Shown here piece after piece: positions 1 to 13,395 of a stretch of 64,000 nt of DNA. Where the stretch lies: positions 10,044,001-10,108,000 of the forward strand of contig OY740798.1 in assembly GCA_963514005.1 (NCBI GenBank), in the 5' to 3' direction. Below the pieces are notes generated by a model. The model worked only from the letters and a program-made list of their open reading frames with translations. It was not told the origin of the DNA and ran no database searches. Numbering within the stretch: position 1 is the stretch's first letter; each line of letters begins with the position of its first letter. The position numbers were made by a program, and so were the translations under genes. The DNA is from Raja brachyura (Eukaryota).

Positions 1-255
1 GAGGTTCTTGATGTCACACTCAGGCAAAAGCTGCTTTGATGTCAAAGGTAATCACTCATAGCTTGCCCCTGGTTTTTAACTCCTTGGTCCATGTTTGGAC
101 CTAGCTTTTGAGATCTGGAGCAATGTGGTTCTGTGAAGTCTAAATTAAGGATTGATGAATGGGTGATTGGTGAGTGTGTTGCCTGATAGCACAGTTAATG
201 ATAATTCAAATCATCAATTTGATGATTGAGGGGTAGACTGTTTGGGTGGTAATAT
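1..255 (-). mobile_element. Degenerate LINE (CR1/L2-group) RT fragment
   Basis: Reverse strand resembles the YRPISLLSII..V RT region; heavily mutated. Confidence 0.5.
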
Positions 256-834
256 GTCTGCTTGCCTAGATGATTGATTCCACTACTGTGCGTGACCTTC
301 TATGTACTTTATATGGTGTTGCACTGCTGGACCTTTGTCCTTTATACATCACAGGAGAAAATTAATGCACCAGTCAATACTTCCATTTCCAATATTCTAA
401 AATTATTGTAGAAAACATTTTGTGGCTTCAGAAAGTAAATGCAATTTGACATTAAGTGGGATCATGAAAATTTCTAATTTCCCAACCACATTACATTGAA
501 TAACATGGTGTTTGCACAAGGGGTGATACTCAATAAGAAAATCCAATTCCACTGGAAATTCTTATTCTGGCATTGTTCACATTATCAAAGGTTGTTGTGA
601 GATTAGTTTTAATGCTGCCGACACCAAAGTTAAGCATCTATCAGTCCATTTTCTCCTTTTTTAATTATTCCCATAAACTCCTTCTGCTGGTTCTGATGAT
701 GAATCATTAATGTGAAACATTTCCTTCTCTGCCTTGCTGCATCCTGACCTGCTGAGTATTTCAAATATTTTCAGCTTTTATTTCCGATTTCCAGCATCTG
801 GGTTGCAGTGGTGATCTGGTGGGTACCATTGATA

Positions 835-1420
835 AGAATCTCACTTGGACCAATGACTTAAATTCTTTGCCTGCAAGGCAGCGGCTGGTTATCCTGTGAC
901 ATGTGGCTCACCAATGCCTTTCCACCATCTACAAGTCACATTAGGCGCATGATAAGACACTCTCCACTTGCCGGAGTGGAACTCCCTCAGCACTGAAGCT
1001 TGATGCCATCCAAGACAAAACAATGACTTTATTTGTTACCTGATACACTATCCTAAACAGTTGAGTGCCTCAATGGAGAAGGGATGCTTAGGTGCAGTGT
1101 GTGTCACCTACAACGTCTACTGCTCGAACAGCACCTCCCAAATAAGCAACATCTACCGCCAGGAAAGACAAGGGCAACAGGCACATGGGAACACTATTAC
1201 ATTCATGTTTCCCTCTAAGTTGCATTCCAACCTGACTTGGAAATAAATCACATTCCTTTATTGTCACTGAATCTAAATCTAGGAACTCCCCAGCTGCACC
1301 TCAGTCTTAAAAAAAACACTGCAGCCGTTTAAGAGACAGCACCCTGCCATCTTCCCAAGGGCAAGGGATGAGCAATAAATGATAGCTTTATCAGCAATGC
1401 CCAGACCACAATTAAATAAA
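835..1420 (+). mobile_element. Old LINE 3' end (L2/CR1-group)
   Basis: Degenerate STIYK...KLDAIQDK-like coding remnant followed by the tail gagcaataaatg...aaataaa. Confidence 0.5.
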
Positions 1421-1799
1421 TCATTTTGAGCTCTTCCAAAGGCCAGTTGTTTAACCAAACATATTAATTGGCTTTAAATCTTAACTTTCCGAGTTTACTC
1501 TGCAATCTATATCCCTAACTGAATAATGTATGAGGTTTGTTTGTAATTTGAAGGTGCTAAGTCCATGCAAATTATAGTTGGCAATCATAAAACTGCACCT
1601 TTCTAGGGCCAAAAACGTGGCATTTCACATGGCGTTGTTTTCATACACATGAGCATTACGTGAAATTTTACTGAAAAAAAAGTTTAATTCAATGGAAAGT
1701 GTAATGATCACTAAGTACTTTAATTACTCTTAATTTAGCTTTGCATTACATGTCAGTAACAGTATGAATATATTTAATTTACTGCAACATTATGGAAGG

Positions 1800-2620
1800 A
1801 GGGAGGAGCGTGAGTAGGGAACACGGCGCTGAGGGAGGGACGGGTGGTGAGAAGGGAGCACTGCACAGAGGGAGGGAGGCAGAGGCCGCGGACGCCAACC
1901 CGGGCGAGGCCGCGGGCATGCGAGGACCCGAGCGAGGCGGCATATTCAGTGCCACTGGGCCAGGCGGGGGGGTTGGGGTTTCCATAACATTCCAGTGTGG
2001 CACCCCTCCCCCCCCCCCCCCCATGCGAATAATCAGTTTATGACATTAAAACCGTTGGGGAGGTGGACACGGCGGCGACTCCCTCCCCTTGCAGGGACAT
2101 TATGACACAATTCGGAGCTGCTTGAAGAATCTGTGGTCGTATTGGCTTTTTAAAAAACTATTATGATGAATGACTTTTGAAATGTAGCATGAAATGTGAA
2201 GGAGACCTGTTTATTGCGTCGGCCGGGTTAATGTGAGTACTAATCTGTAAAAATGTCAGCTCTAGCGCGTAGCGTTTTGACGAAGGTAGAAAAAACATAA
2301 ACAGAAACGCACGCGCACACACACACGTGCACGCACGTATACATACATATAATATGAGACTTTTATAGGTATACTAGACAAAGTGGGACCCGTTGGGTCC
2401 TGTCCCCTCAACGCGCGGTTGCGGGGTGGCCTGCAGCATCTCACACATACACTAACCACCCCCCACACACATGGGGGGGAGGGAGGGAGGGAGGGTGGAA
2501 AGGAGGGTGGGAGGAGGAGGGGAGCCGGGCCAGCTGCGAAAAACGAGCGGTCTGCAAGCGAGCGGGCTCATCACTCGCAGCGCGTGAACACAACGTGCAG
2601 CCATTATGACGTCATCAGTC
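1800..2620. promoter_or_regulatory. Intragenic CpG-rich island / putative enhancer in CSTF3 intron 3
   Basis: CpG-rich non-repeat sequence, palindromic CRE ATGACGTCAT (2606-2615), G-tract array (2473-2523), and flanking TAAT-rich blocks. Confidence 0.5.
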
Positions 2621-2792
2621 AAAGCAAGCTGAATTTCTAAGTTATTTGAAATTTTTGAGCATTTTGATTAATAACTGGAGAAATAATGCATTAATTTTTT
2701 AGATAAGGCGATTTTTGACTTCACAGGATAATCTCTTCAGGAATATGTAAAAATGTTACAGTTACAGTGTTGTTTTTTTTTAGCAGTATGAT

Positions 2793-2798
<6 letters not shown>

Positions 2799-2827
<29 letters not shown>
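2799..2827. repeat. (CA)n microsatellite
   Basis: Direct reading; preceded by gcgcg. Confidence 0.95.
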
Positions 2828-2829
<2 letters not shown>

Positions 2830-5046
2830 ATCCACCCACCCAAGGTCAGAGTTTTATAAGTATATAGATATAGCTGATAAAGAGAGTGCACAGACAAAAC
2901 ATTAATAGGCATAATTTAACTGCACAGCTGCTAATTATGATACTTTGGGGGGAGGGGGAGAAGGGCATTGATTCTGCCAATCAAGTGAAAATGATTAATA
3001 ATGCTATTTCAGCTAAGCAATTACTAGATTTCTGCAGTTTTTACAGGACATTTTAAAATCATTTTTGCGACAGGGCCATATAACGTCCATAAGACGTGAG
3101 AGTGTTTTATTGTTGTATGTTCCAAAGCAGAACAATGAAATTCTAACTTGCAGCAGGAGCAGGTTGTAAACACAGTATTCAATAGACAATGTAACAAATG
3201 AACAGAAAAAAAGCAGCTTTTCCTCAACCTGAACGTTACAGTTTTCAGACTCCTATACCTTCCTGATGGCAGGAGTGAAATGAGAGCATTGTCAGTGTGG
3301 TGTGGATCCTTGATGCTGGATGCCTTTTTGATAAGGCAGGTCTTATAAATCCCTTTGATGGTGTGGAGCTCTACGTGTGATGGACCGGGAATTGTTCACC
3401 ACTTTTTGGAATTTCCTTCATTCCTGGGCATTTAGTTGCTGAACCAGGCTGCGATGCAACCATATGTTTACTTAATGAAGTATGGCCTTTTAAATTTAAA
3501 TCTAACAGTGGTCCTTGTCCTGTGATACTGTTGGAGAAGCCACCCAAAGGAATTGTGAACATTTTAGAAAATATTTGTGTACAGCAATTCGCCTGCAGCT
3601 GTTGTGGTTAGTCAACAAATATTGTGTAAATTTGGGCTTTGACAGTTATAGCCCTAGCATGCTCAACAAAATTACAGTTCAACTTTTAGACCACTGAAGT
3701 CTAATACTTATTATCATTAATACAATCTACTAACTTCAAATTCCTGTGAATGACGTATTTGGATGGGCAGGGTGGGTGCATATTTATTACTAACAGACTT
3801 CTAAGAGAAATGTTATGGCCCAGATTATGCAATAGCTATCTGCATTTGCCATTGTTATTCCATGAAACACGTGTAGTTTCAGAGTTGTTCATGTAGGTGT
3901 CTGTGATTTCAGCTCTCCTCCATTGGCTGTGCTGGTTTCAACCTTCTCCAATGGAATCAAGAAATATCATATATTTTGATGTAAATTTGAGCTTTCTGGA
4001 GGCATAGGAATATGTGGATGCTGGAATCTGGAGCAAAAAAAACTTGGAGAAATTCAGTAGGTCAGGCAGCATCTTGTGGCTGGAAATGGACAGTTAATGT
4101 TTCAAGTCAAGACTTCCTTTGGACTGGAGAGGATGGGTCCACAACCGTCCATTTCCCACCACAGATGCTGCCTAACTTGCTGAGTTCTGCTATCAGTTTG
4201 ATTTTTGCTATTAATAATCTAGCCATGCTGCAAAATGTGAAAATGTTACATTTTGGTGCATAAAGCCAAATCTTTCTGGTAAGCATTGCTTTGTTTTTAA
4301 TTATCATCTTGGTTTTCAAATCCTTTTATGGTCTTGTCTCTACATAATTGCTGTTACCCTATAACTCTAGGATATCATAATTCCTCTATTTCTGGCCTCA
4401 TGCTGATTTGCAATTGCTCCTTTCCTTGCTCTAGTACCTTCAGCTACCAAACCTATAAACAAAATATTCCCTGTTTAACCTCGGAGTTCTCTTTTCTCTT
4501 TTCTCCTTTTGAAGATATTCCTTATCTTATCTCCAACCGTTTGGATCTCTGATATATCTCTAAGATCTGGCACTGTTTTTTCAGTTTGATAACACTACTG
4601 TGAAGTAACTCATCTGATTCACTTAGTGAAAATAAGCTGTTTACATTAAAGTTGTTTTTCTATTCCTACATTTCGTGATGCAATAAGGAATTACATTTAT
4701 GCCACAGGTCTATTGGTCTATAAGGCTGCTAATATGAAAGATATTGCCAAATCATTATCAGATACCATACAATAAGGTATCTATTAGAAATTCCAAACTT
4801 CTAGAGGGCTGGAAGACAATATGGGACTGTTTTTAAAGGTTAAAAGGAATAAAGAAGATTATTATGGTCAATGTAACATCAGTGCTACAAAGTGTTAGAA
4901 AATATTCCGAGTTACTAAATCATTGTTTAGAAAATCGCAGGGTTTCAAGCGTAACATGGATTTGTTAAGTGAAAGCTCGAACAACAATTGATTATTTTGG
5001 GGAGCAAGTAAAAGGGGTCTGGAGGGCAGTTTTGATGATCTCAATA

Positions 5047-5325
5047 GGGCGGCACAGTGGCTTAGCGGCAGAGCTACTGCCCTACAGAGCCAGAGACCCG
5101 GATTCGATACTGACTGTGGGTGCTTGTCTGTCTGGAGTTTGTACGTTCTCCCGTGACCTGCGTGGGTTTTCTCCGAAATCTTCGGTCCCCCGCTCCCAAC
5201 TTTCCAAAGACGTATAGGTTTATAGGTTCATTTGCTTGGTTTAAAAATGTAAATTGTCCCTAGTGTATGTAGGATAGTGTTCGTGTGTGGGGATCACTGG
5301 TTGGTATGGATTCAGAGGGCCTCCC
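5047..5325 (+). mobile_element. HE1-like V-SINE
   Basis: tRNA-like head (ggcacagtgg...gattcgat), V-domain ggagtttgtacgttctcccgtgacctgcgtgggttt, CR1-like tail. Confidence 0.8.
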
Positions 5326-7964
5326 CCATGGAAAGAAAATAACTGCCAATCTATCTTAATCCACCAAATGATTTTAGAAATCTAATAATGTTAACCCTCA
5401 GGCACCTTAGTTCCTGGGAAACAGTCCCAGCATATCTAGTTAACCTTATAACTCGAGCCCTCTAGTCCCTATAATAATCCCCAGTGCTCAATAAAATTCA
5501 TGTGGATCCAAGGGAAATTATTATACTGGGTCGCAAATTCGCTGAGTGACAAAAATGAAGGCTGTTTGAAACCCTAGAAATCTATGCTAGAAATCATAGT
5601 TCGGTCACAGCAAGAGAACTTTGCATAGCTCTGGACAGGACAGATGTAGTAGCACTAAGTCGATGCTGAGGTAGAGTGACCCACACTATGTGGTCAGGAC
5701 TGCAACCTACAAAGATTCTGTCCCAGTCCCACGACAAATGATAGCAGGCCTGGACTACTCAAACTATTCCTAAGCTTCAATGGACATTTACCTACAGCTT
5801 CTTTGCAGCTCAGCCAGCAGCTCTTGAATTCAGCCCTTGCCCCAGCATTTTCATGGTTTGTTTGAGCTGACTTCTCCATTCACATAGCCATCAACTCCCC
5901 ATCACCTCTCTGAACCATTCATTTAGCTAGCAAAGCAGGTTCCGATTAGCAAGGGTGCAAAATCTGCCCAGGGGGTCTGGGCAAGTAATCAAACATTGGG
6001 ACTCGCAGGGAGACACCAGCAGGAGCTGTGGTCTAGAAATAGATGGAGGAAGGAAATGGAGCTGTTGGCTGAACATGAGACCCAGCGGAATTGAGTTTTG
6101 TCTGTAAAATTGGTTAGACCATGACACTTTTTGAAATTCCTCACATTTCATTTCACTTCATTTCGAAAACTTGGTCACCATTACTGGGGAGATATTGTGG
6201 ATAGGAGGGGAGGGGGCTGGAAAATATTAGTCATGTGTGAATTGCCTGGGGTGGGGGTGATCCCCTTTGGAACAGATGAACCTAATGTGAGATTTGTTCA
6301 GAGAATCCAAAACAGTAAATATCAACAATGAAATATTTCCTCAGTGGATAGCTTACCAACTTGCGGAATTGAAATAAAGGTGTTTGGGAGAAGGATTAGA
6401 AGAGAGTTGAGGAAAATGTTTTTACTCAGTGGTGGGGAATTATTACCCGTTGCTTGAAGGGATGGTAGAGGCAAAAACCTTCATCATATTAAAATACTTA
6501 AATGACACTTGATACACAGATGTATATTAGGCCTTGATAGATTATTTTAATCGCATAGACGTAATAGAATGAACATCTATGCCACCTGCTGTGCAATTAA
6601 TTCTATGAGAAGGGACAGTTGTTGTTAATCACTGATCTGTGTCTCAATTTTATATTCCAATTAGCCTCTATCCATAGGCAAAAGGAAATGATTGAAACTT
6701 ACGTAGCACCCTCAGATTACTGTCCTCGTAAAAAGCAGACTATGACTAATTTTCAGACAGAAAGTGGTCTCCATTGTGTGAGGCACCATGTTCAGATGGT
6801 CTGACCACTCTCACTGTGATGACATTGCATTGAAGAACTTTGCCAGCATTTTCTTCTGTTGGAAATGTGTTCCAGTGGCTCCATTTGCTCAAGACTGAAA
6901 GAAGTGCCATTCTCCAATGAAATGTTAGAACATCTGTTTCTGTAGATGAATGTAAAATGTAAAAACAAAATGCACTGGTGTGATTTTGAAGAGCAGGATC
7001 AGTGTTCTTCAGCATCCTAGCCAATGTTTGTCCCTAGTTCACATCACTAAAATATCATCTATTCATTAATACGTTAGTATGTGAGGGAACTTGCTGTGTG
7101 TAAATGAGCTTCCCTATTTTCTTAATGTCAGCACACTTTTCAGAGTTTTCATTGCCCATGAAGCACTGTTAGTGCTCCTAAGGTCATGAAAGATGCTATA
7201 TGAAATGTTTATTGTATATTTTTTCTTAAGTGAAATATTCGCAAAGAATTATTTAATAAAATTGAGTAGGTGGAGTGGATCATGTTTGCATCCTTGCAGT
7301 GCTGTATATTTCTTTATTTGTAAACTGATAATGGCAGCAGATTTCACAAAGTTGAGAGAGAAACCATCCTAAGATGAACTACTCTGATATACTCTGACAT
7401 CTATTCATCCTGACATACTTTGAACTTGACTGCTTTGAACTGTCAAACCTGATTACTTACTAAATATGGAATTAAATGAAACGGTGTGGGTACATTGAAG
7501 ATCTCGCATCCAAATGCAAAATGCCACAGTAGGGGTTTAATTTTTTCTCACATCTGAAGATTAAAATGTGAAACAAAATAAAATAGAAAACAACAAACTC
7601 TCAACATGAAGGGGGACGGATAAAGGGCTGAGAAACAACTTGATGGACAACAAGAAATGTTAAGTAATAAGCTTTTCACACTGAGGTAATACAAAGAACA
7701 AGAACACATTTTTTTTTTGAAAACCCGTGGGAAAGAAAAGGCTGTAAAATGAAAGAAACGGGGGGAAAAATGTAGGATATCCAGAAAGAAAAGAACCATT
7801 CAAGAAAGACGTGACAATGAAAAATGTCCATGGATCTTCTAGCTTTATTTCCAAACCTGGAATATCCAAGTGCCTCTCCACTCCCATCCCATACCCACCC
7901 TTCTGTCTTCATGTGCGGCGCCAGTTCGCAATACTAGTCAGTTCCTTCTGCTGAAGACCACCAG

Positions 7965-7991
7965 TCTCTCTCTCTCTCTCTCTCTCTCTCT
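7965..7991. repeat. (CT)n microsatellite
   Basis: Direct reading. Confidence 0.95.
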
Positions 7992-8587
7992 ACACCTGTG
8001 CCAAGACCTTTTTGAGCAGGAGATTGTGATCTTGTTCGCAGATAGCACCAAGATTCCATGCATGTTAACAAAACTGGCCTTTCTCACCACCATCCAGGCC
8101 ATAGTTGGCGAATGGTGAACAATTCCTACATAAAATGGTTAGTCAAATAGTTGGACACACTTGTTCCAAGTATTGTTGCTCAACTAAAAGCAAAATACGC
8201 CAGTTGCTGGAAACCTGGATAAAAACAAGAACATTTTGGAGATACATAGGCAGCATTTGTTTGTGTGTGTGTGTGTTGGGGGGGGGGGGGGGGTACTGTT
8301 CATTTAGCTGACGAAAGTTATTTGACATGAAATTATTTTCATCTTTTTTTGATTTGATTTAAGTGTTGAATGTGTTCCATCTCCAATAAAATTCTCTGCA
8401 TTTCCTCCTGCTTCTGTCAAAGGGACACACAAGGTCTGATATAGGGGATCTATTGTACCGATTATTGGAAACACGTCTATTGATCCCTTGGGTCATAAAA
8501 TTGTTGCATCACAGGAGGAAACCCTTTTTGACTAATTCCATATATCCTATTTTTTGCAGCCCAACAAATTATTCTTTTTTTTCCCCA

Positions 8588-8830
8588 GTTTCAGTTACGT
8601 TTATTGTCATGTGTACCGAGGTACAGTGAAAAGCTTTTTGTAGCGTGCTAACCAGTCAGCAGAAAGATAATACATGATTGCAATCATGTATAGATACATG
8701 ATAATAGAATAACGTTTATTGCAAGGTAAAGCCAGCAAGTCCAATCAAGGTTAGTCCAAGGGACATCAAAGAGGTAGATAGTTCAGCACTACTCTGGATG
8801 ATTCAGTTGCCTGATAACAGCTGGCTGTCC
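8588..8830 (-). mobile_element. Rex1/Babar-like LINE 3' tail
   Basis: Reverse strand ends cttttcactgtacctcggtacacatgacaataaac, typical of Rex1-type tails. Confidence 0.5.
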
Positions 8831-11358
8831 CATAATGGCTGTAATTTATCCTTTGAAAGTTATGTTTTGTATTAATTTCACTGACCTTGGCAGCAAGTTT
8901 CAGATTGCAACCAATTTCAGCATCATTTTATTTTTCCTCCCTGTGCCATCTATCTGTTTCCCCCATACCATTAAACCTATATGCACCAGACCTGTGATCA
9001 TCTGCTAATGGAAACCACTTCACTCTAGTTAACATTTCTAAACCAGTCACAATCTTGAACATGGTTCTCCATTCTTTGCCCCAAGTAGAACAATTGGATC
9101 CTCTCCAATCTAAACCTGTAGCTGAAATTCCTAATTTATGGAACCATTGCGTATATCTTCTGGGAAACGTGTCTAGAATCTTTACATATAAAGTTTCATT
9201 AAGAATGGAAACAAGCCATTTGGCCCACCAGATCAATTCTGACCACTGGGCAACTACCCATCAAAGGTGTAGTGACTAGAATTGATGCTCGGCACCAGGC
9301 AGTCTATTACTTTTAAATGTGAATCCGCACATACCCTATTCATAGTCTTATTGCGTCTGACAAACAGGAAGGCCATTTAGCCTATTGAGTCTATGCCAAG
9401 TCTCAGAGCAATCCCTTTCTTCCAATTATTTCCTGTTCAACTGCTGACCCTGGTCTCCTTGATTCACCTGCTTTTGAGAAAATTGGCCATTGTAAATTAC
9501 CTATCAATCAGTACATCTTGGAATATGGAAGGAAACGCGAGCATGCGGGGGAAACACATGCATTCACAGGAAGACCATGCAAATTCCACACAGAGCACCC
9601 AAGGTCAGAATAAATCCCAGGCCTTTGGATCTGCGAGTCAGCAGCAGTCACTGCACCACTTTACTACTTTCTTTTCCTGCAAGCTCTTTAGATTTAACCA
9701 ACTTCTACTTTTACATACATTTGTAAACTACATGAACTCACACTAAAAGTAACCCCCTGTACCATGGGGATTTTTTGAAGAATTTCCTTCATGAAAAAAC
9801 AATGAACAAATTACTTTTGAATCTTAAGGATGTCGTTAGGTGACGAAGGAGAAAGAAATTCATTGAGAGAATTATCAGCATCGTTCACTTTCTCTAACTC
9901 TCTCTTCATATTCTAATCTCAAATGACAATAATGGAAAAGATAACCTATCTGTGTTAGTGCTCCCTCTAGCTGCTGGAGATATCAAAATATAGAAGCTGG
10001 TTGCCTTAGTTTTCACAAGCAAATGGCTGTTAAGTTCAGTGGATAGTAAAACAGTCATTCTCATACATGGCAAGTATTTTCCAGGTTGGACACGTTACAG
10101 GGACATGAATTTAACTCTCAACATAGCCAACGAACGTGAATTCAGAGAAGTAAATAATATGTATTAATTAATTGGCTTGCATCAATAATGATATCACAAC
10201 CATGAAGCAGTCAGATTGTTACAAAGACCCACCTGAAAAACCTCATTCTTACCCTCTCTGGCTTATGAATTATTCCAGACCTAAAGCAATGCCTTAAGTG
10301 CCCTCTGACATAGTCTTCTAACCCATTTATTTGAAGGACAAAACACAAAGTGCTAGAGGAGCTCAGCGGGTCAGGCAGTGTCTTGGCAGGGAATGGACAG
10401 GGGACATTTCAGATCGGGACCCTTCAGAACATACTTCAGAATGGAGAGGGGTCCTGACCTGACACGTGGCCCGTCCATTCCCTCTCCAGCTGCTGCCTGA
10501 CCTGCTGTCTTCCTCTAGCTTTTTGTGTTTTGCTCAAGATTCCAGCAACTGCAATTTTTTGTGTCTCCATTTTAAAGACAAACTGGGCACTAAATGCTTC
10601 AATCCACCACTAAATGTTGGCCAGTAACACACTTACAACCAATGAATGAATAGAAAGCCTAAAAAGCTTAGTTACCATGTATGTACCTGTAAGTTAATCA
10701 TTGACGACGCATGGTAACTTGAGGGTAAAAGTCATCTGAGACATTGGACTTAACATTCCTTGAAATTAACTCACTGAAGGGTTGATCTTTGGAATCCGTT
10801 GAGTTACTATATATCCGAGGAATAAAAATAAAAACAAAGCCAAATTCTCTGATTGCCTTCCGGGTGGCAGTGTTCTCATGGGATTTGTGTGATTTGTACG
10901 ATGGATAGTTGACATGAATAAAGACACTATCTCAGTATCCTTCTACATGGGTGCCTGGTTTTCCAAGATAAATGATTGGAATAAATCCAATCCAGGTTGC
11001 TAATATAATGACCTCGCCAGAATGGTGAACTTTTCTGGTAATTCTTTGGTAGTCACTGATGCTCAAATCAGTACTACTAATATGATTCTTCAATCTCATG
11101 TATCTGTGAAGGTAAATTCAATGGACGTTTCCCATCTTGACCCAAATGATGACTATTGTACTACATCTGTAATGAATGGGCTTGCGGTAAACATGAGCTG
11201 TTTATAAAGCAGCGATCTATTCTAGGCTTGAGAGTTTCTTACTCACTTCTCTAATTGTGGTTTAAAGTACATGACTCTGATTGTTTTAAAATCCATGTTC
11301 TCCATTATGCTATATCATATCTTCCGGACCACTATGTATAGTTAGACAGATAGACAAT

Positions 11359-11705
11359 ATGAATATTGACTTCTCTAACTTCACGTAACCCTTGCCTTCC
11401 CTCTCTCTCCATCCCTTCCCAGTTCTCCGACTAGTCTGACTGTCCTCGTTTACATTTTCTCTGTTTGCTTTGTTTGTTACCTTCTCCTTGCTAACATGAT
11501 CTATTCTACTGTTTCCTTGATCTTTGTCTCGTTTTCACACCTTACTCTTCCTTAACTCTGCATCTCCCTCTCCCTAGACTCAGTCTGAAGAAGGGTCTCG
11601 ACCCGAAACGTCACCCTTTGCTTCTATCCAGAGAAGCTGCCTGTCCCGCTGAGTTACTCCAGCATTTTGTGTCTATCTTCGGTTTAGACCAGCAGTTCCT
11701 ACCTA
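11359..11705 (+). mobile_element. Penelope-like element 3' end with hammerhead-like core at 11585-11612
   Basis: ATGAATATTGACTTCTCTAACTTC (MNIDFSNF, end of the PLE ORF), pyrimidine-rich UTR, then CTGAAGAAGGGTCTCGACCCGAAACGTC. Confidence 0.7.
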
Positions 11706-13395
11706 CAATAATATGTATAGCTAACTGGAGACACAAGAAACGGCAGATTCTGGAATCTTGTACAAAACACAAAGAGCTTGAGGAACTTAACGGATCAGGC
11801 AGCATTTGGAGAGGGAATGGATAGGCAACGTTTCATGTCAGGATCCTTGAGACTGATTCTCGGCCCAAAATGTTGTTAGCTCATTCCCGCCCCATTTGCT
11901 GCCTGACCTGCTGATTTCCTCCAGCACTTTGCACTCTGCTCAACTCTAGTTATCATCAGATAAACTCTTCTAATTCTATTATGACCCTCAAAAAGAGGCA
12001 AAACAGATGACACCTGCCAGTAAACATTTTAAATGACCTACAGTGAAACAAAGTACATAGTTAATTATCTTAAAAAAATTATCACTGGTCACCATGAATG
12101 TCATAGAAAAGTTCAGAAGGAGACCAAAAGGTTTTGAGAAGTTTTCAAGAAGAGAATATTGCAAAGTGGAGATGTTTGTGTACAGTGCCGAATAGAGCAG
12201 GGGAAATGTTTCACAGGCAATGTAAAAACTTTGCAGAATTTCAACTCTTAAGTAGTTATATGTAACCTAATTGGAACTTTAAGGCCACAAACAGCATTTA
12301 AGGATGTGTACATTCTGATCACATGAGAAGCTAATTGTTCTGGGGAGAACCCAGTGTAAAATGCCTGTAGTCATTGAAAAGTATTTGCTGTTAGTAGAAA
12401 AATGATAGGCATTCTTTCAATTTTAGTGAAGTTTTTTTTTAAGTCAGACGTTTTTAAAGTTATAGGAGTTTGTAATGATGTGTCTTATTTTCCATATTCT
12501 TATTTTATAATTGGAACTGCATAATTTAATTTGTTGCAGTGCATTTACACCATTTGAGTGGCACTGTAACATCTAGGATGTTCATTTCTCCCAATTCCTC
12601 GGTCTGCCAAACCGAGAAACTTCTTGGCTTCACTTAAGGTCAGTATGAATGCGATGAGCCAGAAGGCGCCATTCAATTCTGTATAACCATATGATTCCCG
12701 ATTAGCTCGCATCCTTGGCATCTGTGAAACAAAGTTAACATTGCCGTCAATGCCCCTTCATCCAAATTAATGATTATCATATTAAACTATTTGATCTGTT
12801 TGACACCTGCACTCCCATCCTTAAAGGGAAATTAAAGCCATCGGTTTGATTTATCTTTTAATTTAAAAGCAGGATTCTTCAATGGATGTCAGTAATGGTA
12901 AAAGTTCTGCATTTGCATACTGGGTGATATCGGAAGAAGCAACAAGAATTATTACCTGAATTTTATTTTAGGAAGTGCTCAGCTGAGCATTTGAGATCCA
13001 GACATTCATAAATGGAGACATTGGGAAGTTGAACCTGTTTTAAAATTGTGTAGAACGCAGATGAAGGACTGCATTCAAATTTCGGTCACTAGATTCCAAA
13101 AAGGTTGTAAAAGACCCCGTAAGAGCGCAGAAATCATTTACTGGAATGGTTCCAGTTGAGGGATTTCAACAGATCCTATTGCAATCAGATCAAAAATTTT
13201 GGAGAAGCTTTCCTTCAGCCCAACCACAATTGGGACAGAGGTTTCAATGAGAAATGTACTTTACTGGTGTGAACTTCATGGCATGTAGCAGAACATGTGA
13301 ATACAATACTGATGTGCTAATGTTCTTTTAATGCATTCTTACATTTAGATATTAATAATTGTTATTTTTCAAACTGCTTTGATGCAAGATATTAG

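Noticed and set aside
1779-2640. Short Gly/Pro-rich ORFs on both strands
   Set aside because: By-products of high GC and homopolymer runs; no recognisable homology or splice structure
5047-5125. tRNA gene
   Set aside because: The A/B-box-like head belongs to a V-SINE; no complete cloverleaf
10800-11207. Stop-poor + strand frame (…KFSDCLPGGSVLMG…MVNFSGNSL…)
   Set aside because: Interrupted by stops and not recognisable. A tblastn/HMM search would be needed before calling it a pseudogene or viral remnant.
12545-12721. 58-aa - strand ORF beginning right after an acceptor-like tttcacAG
   Set aside because: No recognisable homology or partner exons; the length is compatible with chance
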